DNA of 64,000 bases from an uncultured delta proteobacterium (GTDB taxonomy: Bacteria; Myxococcota_A; Polyangia; Polyangiales; Polyangiaceae), in the NCBI GenBank assembly GCA_963782055.1, contig CAWAIF010000003.1, positions 4,800,001 to 4,864,000 of the forward strand, in the 5' to 3' direction. The notes below the pieces were generated by a model. It made no database searches, was not told the origin of the DNA, and saw nothing but the letters and a program-made list of their open reading frames with translations. The translations under genes were made by a program, and so were the position numbers. Position 1 is the first letter of the stretch. Every line of letters starts with the position of its first letter. Below, in pieces: positions 56,162 to 64,000 of the stretch.

Positions 56162-57682
56162 TCAGCGACGGGTGGGGCGCGCGCGCTTGCGGCGAAGCAG
56201 GGCTAGCGCGAGGACACCGGCGCCGGCGCCGAGGCCCAGGCCGCCGCCGCGAGAGTCGCCCGCCGCGTCGCAGGCGCACCCGGTGTCCTGGGGCTGGTCG
56301 AAGAGGGGGCCGCCCTCCGGCACCGGGGTGCTCCCGTGCAGGGGCCGCAGCACGCAGCGGTGGTCGTCGCAGCGGCGGTCCGCCGGGCACTGCGTGTCGT
56401 TGTTGCAGGGCACGCACTGCCCCTCCAGCCCGTCCTTCGTCACGTCGCACACGGCCTCGGTGCACTCGTCGTCCTTGGCGCACGGGCGGCAAGCCTGCGA
56501 GGTCTGATCACACACCGGCCTGGTCGCGTCGGTGCAGTCGGCGCTGGTGAGGCACCCCACACACGTGTTCTTCGTGTCGTCGCAGACCGGCGTGTCGCCG
56601 GCGCACGCCTTGGCGTAGTCCTTGGTGCACGGCACGCACTGCCCCTGGCTCGGGCCGGCCGTCGCGCACGCCGGGTTCGGGCCCTCGCAGGCGTTGCCGC
56701 TGTCGTACGTGTTGCACGGCCTGCACGCCGGCGGCTGCAGCTTTCCATCGCAGATGGGGATCTCGGCGACGCACCCGGCGGCGTAGTTGGACCACACCTT
56801 CTGCACGGTGTAGCCCGCCACCTGCGCGCTGGTGCCCTGGCAGAGGTCCGCCGACTCGTAGGAGGCCCAGGCGGTGTTCGCGGCCGTCACCCACGCGAGC
56901 GGGCGCGCGCTCAGGTTGGTCTTGTTGTACTCGACGAGGCCCACGCCGGTGTCGGTCAGGGCCTCGGCCAGCTCGTGCGAGTGGATGAGAGTGGCCGTGT
57001 TGAAGCCGTAGCCGCAGTCCGGGTGGATGCCGTACGGGACGCTCTTGCCCTTGTAGGTGAAGGTGAAGTGGTACGCGCCGAACTGCTGGCACGACTTGAT
57101 GTCCAGCAGGGTGATGTCGTAGCCCGCGGGGAAGTCGATCATGTAGAGGGAGTCGACGTTGCCGTTCTTGTCCACCTCCGGCGGCGGCAGGTTGGCGGCG
57201 TCGAGCTGCGCGACGAGCTCCGCCTGGATGTCGGCGTCGAGCAGTGACTTGCTCTGGTTCGCCGGCGTGAGCGTGAACGTCCCGACGTAGCTGCCGCGCC
57301 CGATGTGCTGCTCGGTGCCCGGCAGGTTGTCGGCGTAGCCGCTCTGGCCGATGCTGTCGTACTCCGTCAGCCAGTCGATGAAGGGACTCTTCACGATGGC
57401 GGTGTAGAAGCCGGCGAGGTTCTTGAGGTACGTGGCGTCGACCGCGCTCGTCCACGCCACCTCCACGATCTTCACGTTGGAGATGACCGGGCCGCCGTAG
57501 TACTTGAGCTTGTCGTTGGGGGCGATGGGGAACGTCGGCGGTCCGCTGGGGATGGCGCCGTGATCCAGCCGGAAGACGAAGCTGGGCAGCGGGTCCGCGG
57601 CGGCGCGCGGCGCGCCGGCGAGGAGCGCGGCGATCGCGAGCGCTGCGGCGATGCCGGCGCGGGCGTGTGCGTGTCGAGCCAT
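56162..57682 (-). CDS. Secreted protein: Phi-1/EXORDIUM-like domain, Cys-rich repeats, MYXO-CTERM
   Basis: LKYYGGPVI...AYH...SHELAEALTD...E.ADLC; C-terminal GCAC-linker-TM-RRKR. Confidence 0.7.
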   Translation of the reverse strand: MARHAHARAGIAAALAIAALLAGAPRAAADPLPSFVFRLDHGAIPSGPPTFPIAPNDKLKYYGGPVISNVKIVEVAWTSAVDATYLKNLAGFYTAIVKSPFIDWLTEYDSIGQSGYADNLPGTEQHIGRGSYVGTFTLTPANQSKSLLDADIQAELVAQLDAANLPPPEVDKNGNVDSLYMIDFPAGYDITLLDIKSCQQFGAYHFTFTYKGKSVPYGIHPDCGYGFNTATLIHSHELAEALTDTGVGLVEYNKTNLSARPLAWVTAANTAWASYESADLCQGTSAQVAGYTVQKVWSNYAAGCVAEIPICDGKLQPPACRPCNTYDSGNACEGPNPACATAGPSQGQCVPCTKDYAKACAGDTPVCDDTKNTCVGCLTSADCTDATRPVCDQTSQACRPCAKDDECTEAVCDVTKDGLEGQCVPCNNDTQCPADRRCDDHRCVLRPLHGSTPVPEGGPLFDQPQDTGCACDAAGDSRGGGLGLGAGAGVLALALLRRKRARPTRR

Positions 57683-57798
57683 CGGACCTCCTGCCGCGGA
57701 GGATTGTCGCAGCTCGCCTCCGGCCGGACCAGCGCGTCTGTCCGGCGCGGAAAGTTCCATCCGGGCGGCGCCGGTCGATTGGACTATGGTCGCGGCCC

Positions 57799-58893
57799 AT
57801 GGACGGACTCGTCGTCGGCGCCGGCGTGCTGGGCCTCTCCGCCGCGCTGCACCTCGCGCGGCTGGGCGCGCGCGTCACGGTGCTGGAGCGCTTCGCCCTC
57901 GGCCACGCGCGCGGCAGCTCGCACGGCGAGATACGCATCATCCGCAGCGCGTACCCCGAGTCGCTCTGGGTACGGCTCGTGGGCGAGGCGCGCGCGGAGG
58001 ACTGGCCGCGGCTGGAGCGCGATGGTGGCGCGACGCTGATCACGCCCGCCGCCGGCTGCTTCTTCGGCCCGCGCGGCGGCGACATCGACCGCGTCGAGGC
58101 GGCGGTCAGCGCGGCGGGCGCCGACGTGACGACGCTGGGGACGCACGAGGCGATGCGTGTATTTCCCGCGTTTCGTCTCTCCGCCGGAGACCTCGTCCTC
58201 TCCGATCGCACCGCGGGCGTCATCCGCGCGGCGGAGACGATGCGCGCGCTGGCTCGCCTGGCGCGCGCCGCGGGCGTCTCGCTGCGGGAGCACGCGCGCG
58301 TCGTCTCCTTCGAGTCCGCGCCGGCTCGCGTGCGCCTCGAGGACGGCGAGGCGGTGGAAGCCGACGTGATGGTGCTCGCGCCCGGCCCCTTCACCCCCGC
58401 GCTCCTCCCCGACGCGCCCCTCGTCCCCGCGCGCCAGCACGTCGCCTACTACGCGATGGAGGGCGGCGCGGCGCTGCCGGTGTGGGCGAGCTTCGACCAG
58501 GACCAGCACTACGGCCTGCCCGACGTCGGCGCGGGCGCGAAGGTCGCCCTCCATGGCGTGCACCCCGCGTCGCCCGACGACCCGGAGGTGGAGCTCGCGC
58601 CCGACCCTGCGGCGCTCGCCGCCGTGGACGCCTTCGTGCGCCGTCGCTTCACCGCACCGGCGCGCCGCGTCCACGCCGAGACGTGCTTTTACACGATGGC
58701 CCCGGGCGAAGACTTCGTCGCCGACGTGCTTCGTGAAGGCGTCGCCGCCGGCGCCGGCCTCTCTGGGCACGGATTCAAGCTGGCGCCGCTCTTCGGGCGG
58801 ATCCTGGCCGAGCTCGCGGTGAGCGGGCGCTCGACGTCCGCCGCGTTCGAGGGTGCGCGGGCGCGCTTCGCGCTGCGACGCCCGGCGGCGTGA
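57799..58893 (+). CDS. Sarcosine oxidase/SolA-like flavoprotein
   Basis: GAGVLG, GSSHGEIRIIR, CFYT (covalent FAD Cys) and SGHGFK motifs. Confidence 0.88.
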   Translation: MDGLVVGAGVLGLSAALHLARLGARVTVLERFALGHARGSSHGEIRIIRSAYPESLWVRLVGEARAEDWPRLERDGGATLITPAAGCFFGPRGGDIDRVEAAVSAAGADVTTLGTHEAMRVFPAFRLSAGDLVLSDRTAGVIRAAETMRALARLARAAGVSLREHARVVSFESAPARVRLEDGEAVEADVMVLAPGPFTPALLPDAPLVPARQHVAYYAMEGGAALPVWASFDQDQHYGLPDVGAGAKVALHGVHPASPDDPEVELAPDPAALAAVDAFVRRRFTAPARRVHAETCFYTMAPGEDFVADVLREGVAAGAGLSGHGFKLAPLFGRILAELAVSGRSTSAAFEGARARFALRRPAA

Positions 58894-58934
58894 CCCCTGG
58901 CGCGTCGGGCGGGGAGTGCGCACTTTCCCCTTCG

Positions 58935-59351
58935 ATGATCCTCACGTGTCCCTCGTGCGGGCAGCAGAACCGTGTCCCCGCCGCCAGGCTCGGTGGCGGG
59001 CCGCGCTGCGGCCGCTGCAAGACGTCGCTCGCCGGCGCGCCTCTCCCCGTCGGCTCAGCCGCAGAGTTCGACGAGCTCGTCGCCGGCTCGCCCCTCCCCG
59101 TGCTCGTCGACTTCTGGGCGGCGTGGTGCGGGCCGTGCCGCATGGTCGCGCCGGAGCTCGAGCGCCTCGCCCGCGAGAAGAGCGGCCGCGTCGTCGTGGC
59201 CAAGGTGGACACCGAGGCCCTGCCCGACGTCGCCGGCCGCTTCGGCATCCGCAGCATCCCGACGATGGTCCTCTTCGCCGACGGCCACGAGTCGCGCCGC
59301 GTCAGCGGCGCGATGCCGGCCCCGCGTATCGCCCAGGAGTTCGGGCTCTAA
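58935..59351 (+). CDS. trxC: Thioredoxin 2 with Zn finger
   Basis: CPSC...CGRC and WCGPC motifs. Confidence 0.92.
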   Translation: MILTCPSCGQQNRVPAARLGGGPRCGRCKTSLAGAPLPVGSAAEFDELVAGSPLPVLVDFWAAWCGPCRMVAPELERLAREKSGRVVVAKVDTEALPDVAGRFGIRSIPTMVLFADGHESRRVSGAMPAPRIAQEFGL

Positions 59352-59356
59352 GACGA

Positions 59357-59567
59357 TCAGTTACAGCCGCAGCCGCTCTCGGCCATCGAGCCGCCGCCTG
59401 TCGCGCCCTCGTGGACGGCGCGGACGTGCGACGCCGCGGGGCCATCCAGAATCGCTGGTGGCCATCGTCGGCTGGGCGAGGGCGCCGCGCTCGTAGGGGG
59501 CGACGTGCGTGCACGCGCCGAGCGTGCCGAGAAGCAGGGCGAGGACCGCGAGCTTGGTGATGCGCAT
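59357..59567 (-). pseudogene. DUF4266-like small lipoprotein with a +1 frameshift at ~59450
   Basis: C.HVAPYERGALA; removing one base gives ...HVRAVHEGATGGGSMAESGCGCN*; span 211 = 3n+1. Confidence 0.75.
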
Positions 59568-59587
59568 GACGTGATCTCCGTGTTCCT

Positions 59588-60190
59588 TCAGTTGTTCGCG
59601 GCGCCGGCCGCGGCCCAGGCGTCCATGTCCTTCTGGGCGGCGCTGTAAGAGCCCGGCCCGCTCGGCGGCATGTTGCCGCCGTACCAGGAGAGGCAAGACT
59701 GGTTGGAGTCGACGAGCGGCGAGTTCGCGCCGCTGATGTAGCCGCGGCCCTGCAGCCAGCTGTAGCTCTTGCTCGCGGAGGAGCACTGGCTATGGCACGA
59801 GTTGCACCGGCCGGTGGTGCCGCTCCCGAGGTACGCCTTGTAGATGGCCGACCAGGTGGGCGACTGCGGAGGAGGCGGCGGCGGGTTGCCGCCGGCGTCC
59901 TTCGTGCTCGGCGGCGGGTTGCCGCCAGCGTCCTTCGTGCTGGGCGGCGGGGGGTTGGTCCCGCTGTCGTCGCCGGTGTTGGTCACCGTGCCGCCATCGT
60001 CCCCGCCGCCGTTCCCGTTCCCGGTGCCGTCGTTGTTGCCCCCGTTGGGACCGGGCACCCCACCGGCGGACCCGCCGTAAGGGCCACCGAACGGATGGTC
60101 GGCTCCGCTGCATCCGGAAGCGCCGACCAGCGCCAGGGCACCAGCGAGGACCAGGGAGAGGTGGTGCGCGGAGATTACGTTTGCCTGCAT
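59588..60190 (-). CDS. Lipoprotein with a single CxxCH heme-c motif
   Basis: Lipobox ASGC; CNSCH; distal MPP; 33-bp duplicated linker (STKDAGGNPPP). Confidence 0.75.
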   Translation of the reverse strand: MQANVISAHHLSLVLAGALALVGASGCSGADHPFGGPYGGSAGGVPGPNGGNNDGTGNGNGGGDDGGTVTNTGDDSGTNPPPPSTKDAGGNPPPSTKDAGGNPPPPPPQSPTWSAIYKAYLGSGTTGRCNSCHSQCSSASKSYSWLQGRGYISGANSPLVDSNQSCLSWYGGNMPPSGPGSYSAAQKDMDAWAAAGAANN

Positions 60191-60340
60191 GGTAGTTTTC
60201 CGCCCGAGGTGGGTGTCAGGGTGCGGGGCTGTGGCCGATGGCAGACATGCCCGTCGAACGTGCGCCCTTTCTGTACCGTCAGCTCCACGCGACGCGTCAG
60301 GGAAGACCAAAATAAATGCCGTCTGGTAGGCTCTCGTAGC

Positions 60341-61486
60341 ATGTCGACCTACCTCTTCGAGACGGAGGAGCACGCCGCCCTCCGGGCGCAGGCCCGCCGC
60401 TTCGCCGAGCGCGAGATCGCCCCGCACGCCTTCGAGTGGGAGGAGGCGGAGGAGTTCCCTCGCGAGCTGTACGGGCGGGCCGCGGCGGCGGGGCTGCTCG
60501 GGGTCGGCTACCCGGAGACCGCGGGCGGCGCCGGGGGCGATGTCTCCCACGCGCTGGTCGCCAGCGAGGAGATGGTGCTGGCCGGCAAGTCGGTCGGCGT
60601 GGTGGTCGGGGTGGGCAGCCACGGCATCGCGCTACCCCCGATCGTGAGGTTCGGGACGCCGGAGCAGATCGAACGCTTCGCGAAGCCCGTGCTGCGCGGC
60701 GAGAAGATCGCCGCCCTCGCCATCACCGAGCCCGGCGGCGGCTCCGATGTGGCGTCGCTCCGCACGCGCGCGGTGCGCGACGGCGACAGCTACGTCGTCA
60801 ACGGCTCCAAGACCTTCATCACCAGCGGCGTGCGGGCGGATCTCGTCACCACCGCGGTGCGCACGGGCGGGGAGAAGCACGGCGGCCTCTCCCTGCTCGT
60901 CATCGAGCGCGGCACGCCCGGGTTCACCGTCTCGCGAAAGCTGAAGAAGACCGGCTGGTGGGCGAGCGACACCGCCGAGCTCTCCTTCCAGGACTGCCGC
61001 GTGCCCGCCGCCAACCTGGTCGGCGCGGAGAACTCCGGCTTCCTGGCCATCATGGCCAACTTCGTCACCGAGCGGCTGTACCTGGCGGGGCAGTGCGTGG
61101 CGATCGCCGAGCTGGCGCACCGGGAATCCGTGCAGTATGCACGCGACCGCCGCGCCTTCGACAAGCCCATCATGGGATTCCAGGTCATCCGCCACAAGCT
61201 GGCGGACATGGCGACGCGCATCGCCGCGGCGCGGGCGCTCGCGGGCGAGGTCGCCGCGCGCTACGTGCGGGGAGAGCAGTCGCCGCAGCTCGCGGCGATG
61301 GCGAAGAACACCGCGACCGACATGTGCACGTTCGTGGTGGACCAGGCGGTGCAGATCCACGGGGGGTACGGGTACATGCGGGAGATGGTGGTGGAGCGGC
61401 TGTACCGTGACGCCCGGCTGTACCCGATCGGCGGGGGCACGCGGGAGATCATGAACGAGATCATCTCCAAGGCGGAGGGGTACTGA
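60341..61486 (+). CDS. Acyl-CoA dehydrogenase
   Basis: ITEPGGGSD, NGSKTFIT, QIHGGYGY and IGGGT.EIM motifs. Confidence 0.96.
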   Translation: MSTYLFETEEHAALRAQARRFAEREIAPHAFEWEEAEEFPRELYGRAAAAGLLGVGYPETAGGAGGDVSHALVASEEMVLAGKSVGVVVGVGSHGIALPPIVRFGTPEQIERFAKPVLRGEKIAALAITEPGGGSDVASLRTRAVRDGDSYVVNGSKTFITSGVRADLVTTAVRTGGEKHGGLSLLVIERGTPGFTVSRKLKKTGWWASDTAELSFQDCRVPAANLVGAENSGFLAIMANFVTERLYLAGQCVAIAELAHRESVQYARDRRAFDKPIMGFQVIRHKLADMATRIAAARALAGEVAARYVRGEQSPQLAAMAKNTATDMCTFVVDQAVQIHGGYGYMREMVVERLYRDARLYPIGGGTREIMNEIISKAEGY

Positions 61487-61491
61487 GCGCC

Positions 61492-62250
61492 ATGGCCCAT
61501 CCCCACGTCGGCACCTTCACCTGGCGCGAGCTGATGACCCCCGACGTCGACAAGAGCCGCCGCTTCTACGGCGAGCTGCTCGGCTGGACGACGAAGACCG
61601 TGCCGATGAGGGAGTCCAGCTACGACCTCGTCGAGAACGGCCCCGCCGGCGACCAGGTGGGCGGGATGATGCCCTTCTCGAAGGAGGGCGTGCCGCCGTG
61701 CTGGATGTCCTACGTGAGCGTGGAGGACGTCGACGCCTCGGCGAAGGTCGTCACGGGTGGTGGCGGCAACATGGTGGTGCCGCCGCAGGACATCCCCGAC
61801 GTCGGGCGGTTCGGCGTGGCGATGGACCCGCAGGGCGCGGGGATGGTCCTCTTCCGCAGCGCGCACCCTGCGCCGCAGCCGGCGAAGGAGCGGCCGAGCA
61901 TCGGGGAGTTCTGCTGGGAGCACCTGAGCACCACCGACACCGCCGCCGCCGCGGCGTTCTACGCCAGGCTCTGCGGCTGGACGAGGCGGCCGATGGACGG
62001 CGACGACGGGGGCCTGGTGTTGCTGAACGGCGGAGAGCCGGTCGCGTCGATGCGCAAGGCGCCGCCCGGCGTGCCGGCCCACTGGATGACCCACGTCGCG
62101 GTGGCGAAGCTGGGCGAAGCGTGCGATCGCGCGAGGCGCCTGGGCGGCAAGGTGCTGCTGGATCCCATGCCCGTGCCCGGGATGGGCTCGGTGGCGATCG
62201 TCCAGGACAACGTCGGCGCCGTCGTCGGCCTCTTCCAGTCCACCGGTTGA
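61492..62250 (+). CDS. Tandem VOC/glyoxalase family protein
   Basis: Two W.EL.T.D...FY..L.GW repeats. Confidence 0.92.
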   Translation: MAHPHVGTFTWRELMTPDVDKSRRFYGELLGWTTKTVPMRESSYDLVENGPAGDQVGGMMPFSKEGVPPCWMSYVSVEDVDASAKVVTGGGGNMVVPPQDIPDVGRFGVAMDPQGAGMVLFRSAHPAPQPAKERPSIGEFCWEHLSTTDTAAAAAFYARLCGWTRRPMDGDDGGLVLLNGGEPVASMRKAPPGVPAHWMTHVAVAKLGEACDRARRLGGKVLLDPMPVPGMGSVAIVQDNVGAVVGLFQSTG

Positions 62251-62300
62251 ACGCGAGGCTCGCCGAGACGTCGTGAGAGGACGCCGCTAGGATGCCGGCA

Positions 62301-64000
62301 ATGACCACGCCCGTCGTCCCGCCCAAGGCCCGCGAGCGGCTCGCTCCCCGCCGCGGGCTGCCGGGGTCCTTCGTCGTCCGTACCGAGAAGGACGTGGCGC
62401 GCGAGCTCGCCGCGATGGGCAAGGCCTACGCGAAGGAGAAGTACGGCGACAAGCTCAAGACCGCGCTCTTCGCGAAGGGGTCGACGCTGAAGAAGGACGC
62501 CCCGCTCCACGCCGCCCGCGCGGAGGCCACCGCGTTGATCGCGGCGCTGTCGCTGGACGCGGTGCGCGGCGCGTCGAAGGACGCCCTCGCCGCCGCGCAG
62601 CTGATGCTCCAGTGGGGCGACTGGAAGCTCAAGCAGCGCTCGCTCGTGAGCGCCATCGCGATGACGCGCGGGCTCCCCTTCGCGGTCGACGTTCAGCTGC
62701 GCACGCTCGGCATGGAGGTGACCAGCTCGGTCGGCTACACGACGGCCGTCCACGTCGCCGCCCTGCAGAAGCCACCCACCAACCAGGACCGCGACAGGAC
62801 GCCGGAGTGGGCGCGGCTGCGCGCCGTGGTCTGCGCCGCGGACGAGGAGGCCTACCAGCGAGGCGCGGGCGCACGCCGCCGCGCTGCGCGAGAAGCTCCA
62901 GCCCCTGCCGTCGGCGCACCTGGCGTACGCGTTCCCCGACGAGCCGTGGTCCACCCAGGACCTGCGCGCCGTGCTCGCCGCCGCGGGCACGCCGCCCGAC
63001 TGGCACAAGTGCCACCCGTTCACGCCGCTGCTCGGGGCCTGCACCGACGTGGCGCTCATCCGCGCGTTCCTCCAGTTCCCGACGGGCTTCGGGTACATGC
63101 CGCACGCGACGCTGGCGAGCCAGTTCGCCGTCGACTGGGCGTGCCTGTTCCCCGAGGAGGCGGCGCTGCCGCTCCTGCGCGACGCGCTCCCGGCGGCGCT
63201 GCAGAAGCCGAGCTACGGGCCGCTGCTCAAGACGCCGCCGCGCGAGATCGCCGAGGCGATCGCCTGCTTCCGCACGCCGGAGGCGGCGGCGATCCTCGCG
63301 CCCTACTTCGGCCACGCGGTGCTCGGGCCCATCGTCGCCGCGTACTTCAAGGACGCGCCGGAGCTGCAGGGCGCGCTGCAGCAGCAGGCGAAGGGCAAGT
63401 CGCGCGCGGCGGAGGCGGCGGCGCGCCTGCTCGAGACGGCGAAGGCGAAGCGGCCGCGCGGGCCGACGGCCGCGACGCGGGAGGTGCCCGCGATCCTGCG
63501 CGAGCGTCCGTGGAGGCCGCGCAAGGGCGACAAGCCGGTGGTGCTGCGCCTCGCCATCCCGGCCGGCGCGGAGGAGCGGGTGGAGCTCACCGACGCGGAG
63601 CGCAAGGCGACGTTCGACGCGCGCGGGATCCCCATCCGCGACATGACGGCGAAGGAGCTCGGCGACTGGCGCGAGGCGGTGAAGAAGAACGAGTACGCCC
63701 ACGCTGACTTCGACCCGGACTGGCACCAGGGTGCGCAAATCTACCTGCGCGTCCCGGAGGAGGAGGGCCTGCGCGCCTGGAACGACGCCGGCGCGACGCT
63801 GCTGCGGGACGAGATGGCGTACCTCGCGCGGTACGGCGTCGCCGCCATCCCCGGCTTCCTGAAGCGCGACTGGGTCGGGTGGCTCAACTACACCGAGGTG
63901 GGCGACGACCCGATGGGGATCATGCACCACATCGTCTCGCCGCGGCTCGCGCCCCAGATGGCGCGGGTGATGGCGCGGCGGAAGAAGTTCCGCCGGGAGG
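62301..64000 (+). CDS. Large hypothetical protein (possibly DUF4132-type N-terminus), +1 frameshift near 62856-62859, 3' truncated
   Basis: GC3-rich frame switches at tac-cagc-gag and stays open to the window end; VPAILRERPW motif. Confidence 0.55.

Noticed and set aside
62850..62865. Programmed frameshift
   Set aside because: No slippery heptamer or homopolymer; a sequencing error is more likely.

Overview
High-GC window that looks myxobacterial (Polyangiaceae/Labilithrix-like), judged from Cys-rich lipoproteins, a MYXO-CTERM tail, PEGA/TSP3 proteins, several Ser/Thr kinases and FHA domains. It is gene-dense with housekeeping genes (ribD end, def, HMG-CoA lyase, purF, purM, purN, class II DAHP synthase, trpS, polA, membrane pyrophosphatase, malQ, glgX, trxC, acyl-CoA dehydrogenase) mixed with secreted and signalling genes. 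No rRNA, tRNA, CRISPR array or transposase was recognised. The most interesting signals are non-coding. (1) A ~30-38 bp palindrome (core AGCATGCT) occurs 7 times, always intergenically, with compensatory base-pair changes between copies. (2) Two copies of that palindrome sit in a duplicated cassette, 34 kb apart: MarR-like gene + sigma54-type promoter + palindrome + GGGACA/G-run tract. (3) A near-consensus sigma54 promoter appears to drive a ~60-nt single-hairpin RNA with a C8 loop. (4) Leaderless-looking promoters are widespread. Also present are a degenerate FHA-CpaF ATPase and a kinase-FHA-degenerate GGDEF fusion. Three +1 frameshifts are probably sequencing errors. All calls come from reading motifs by eye; no database searches were run.
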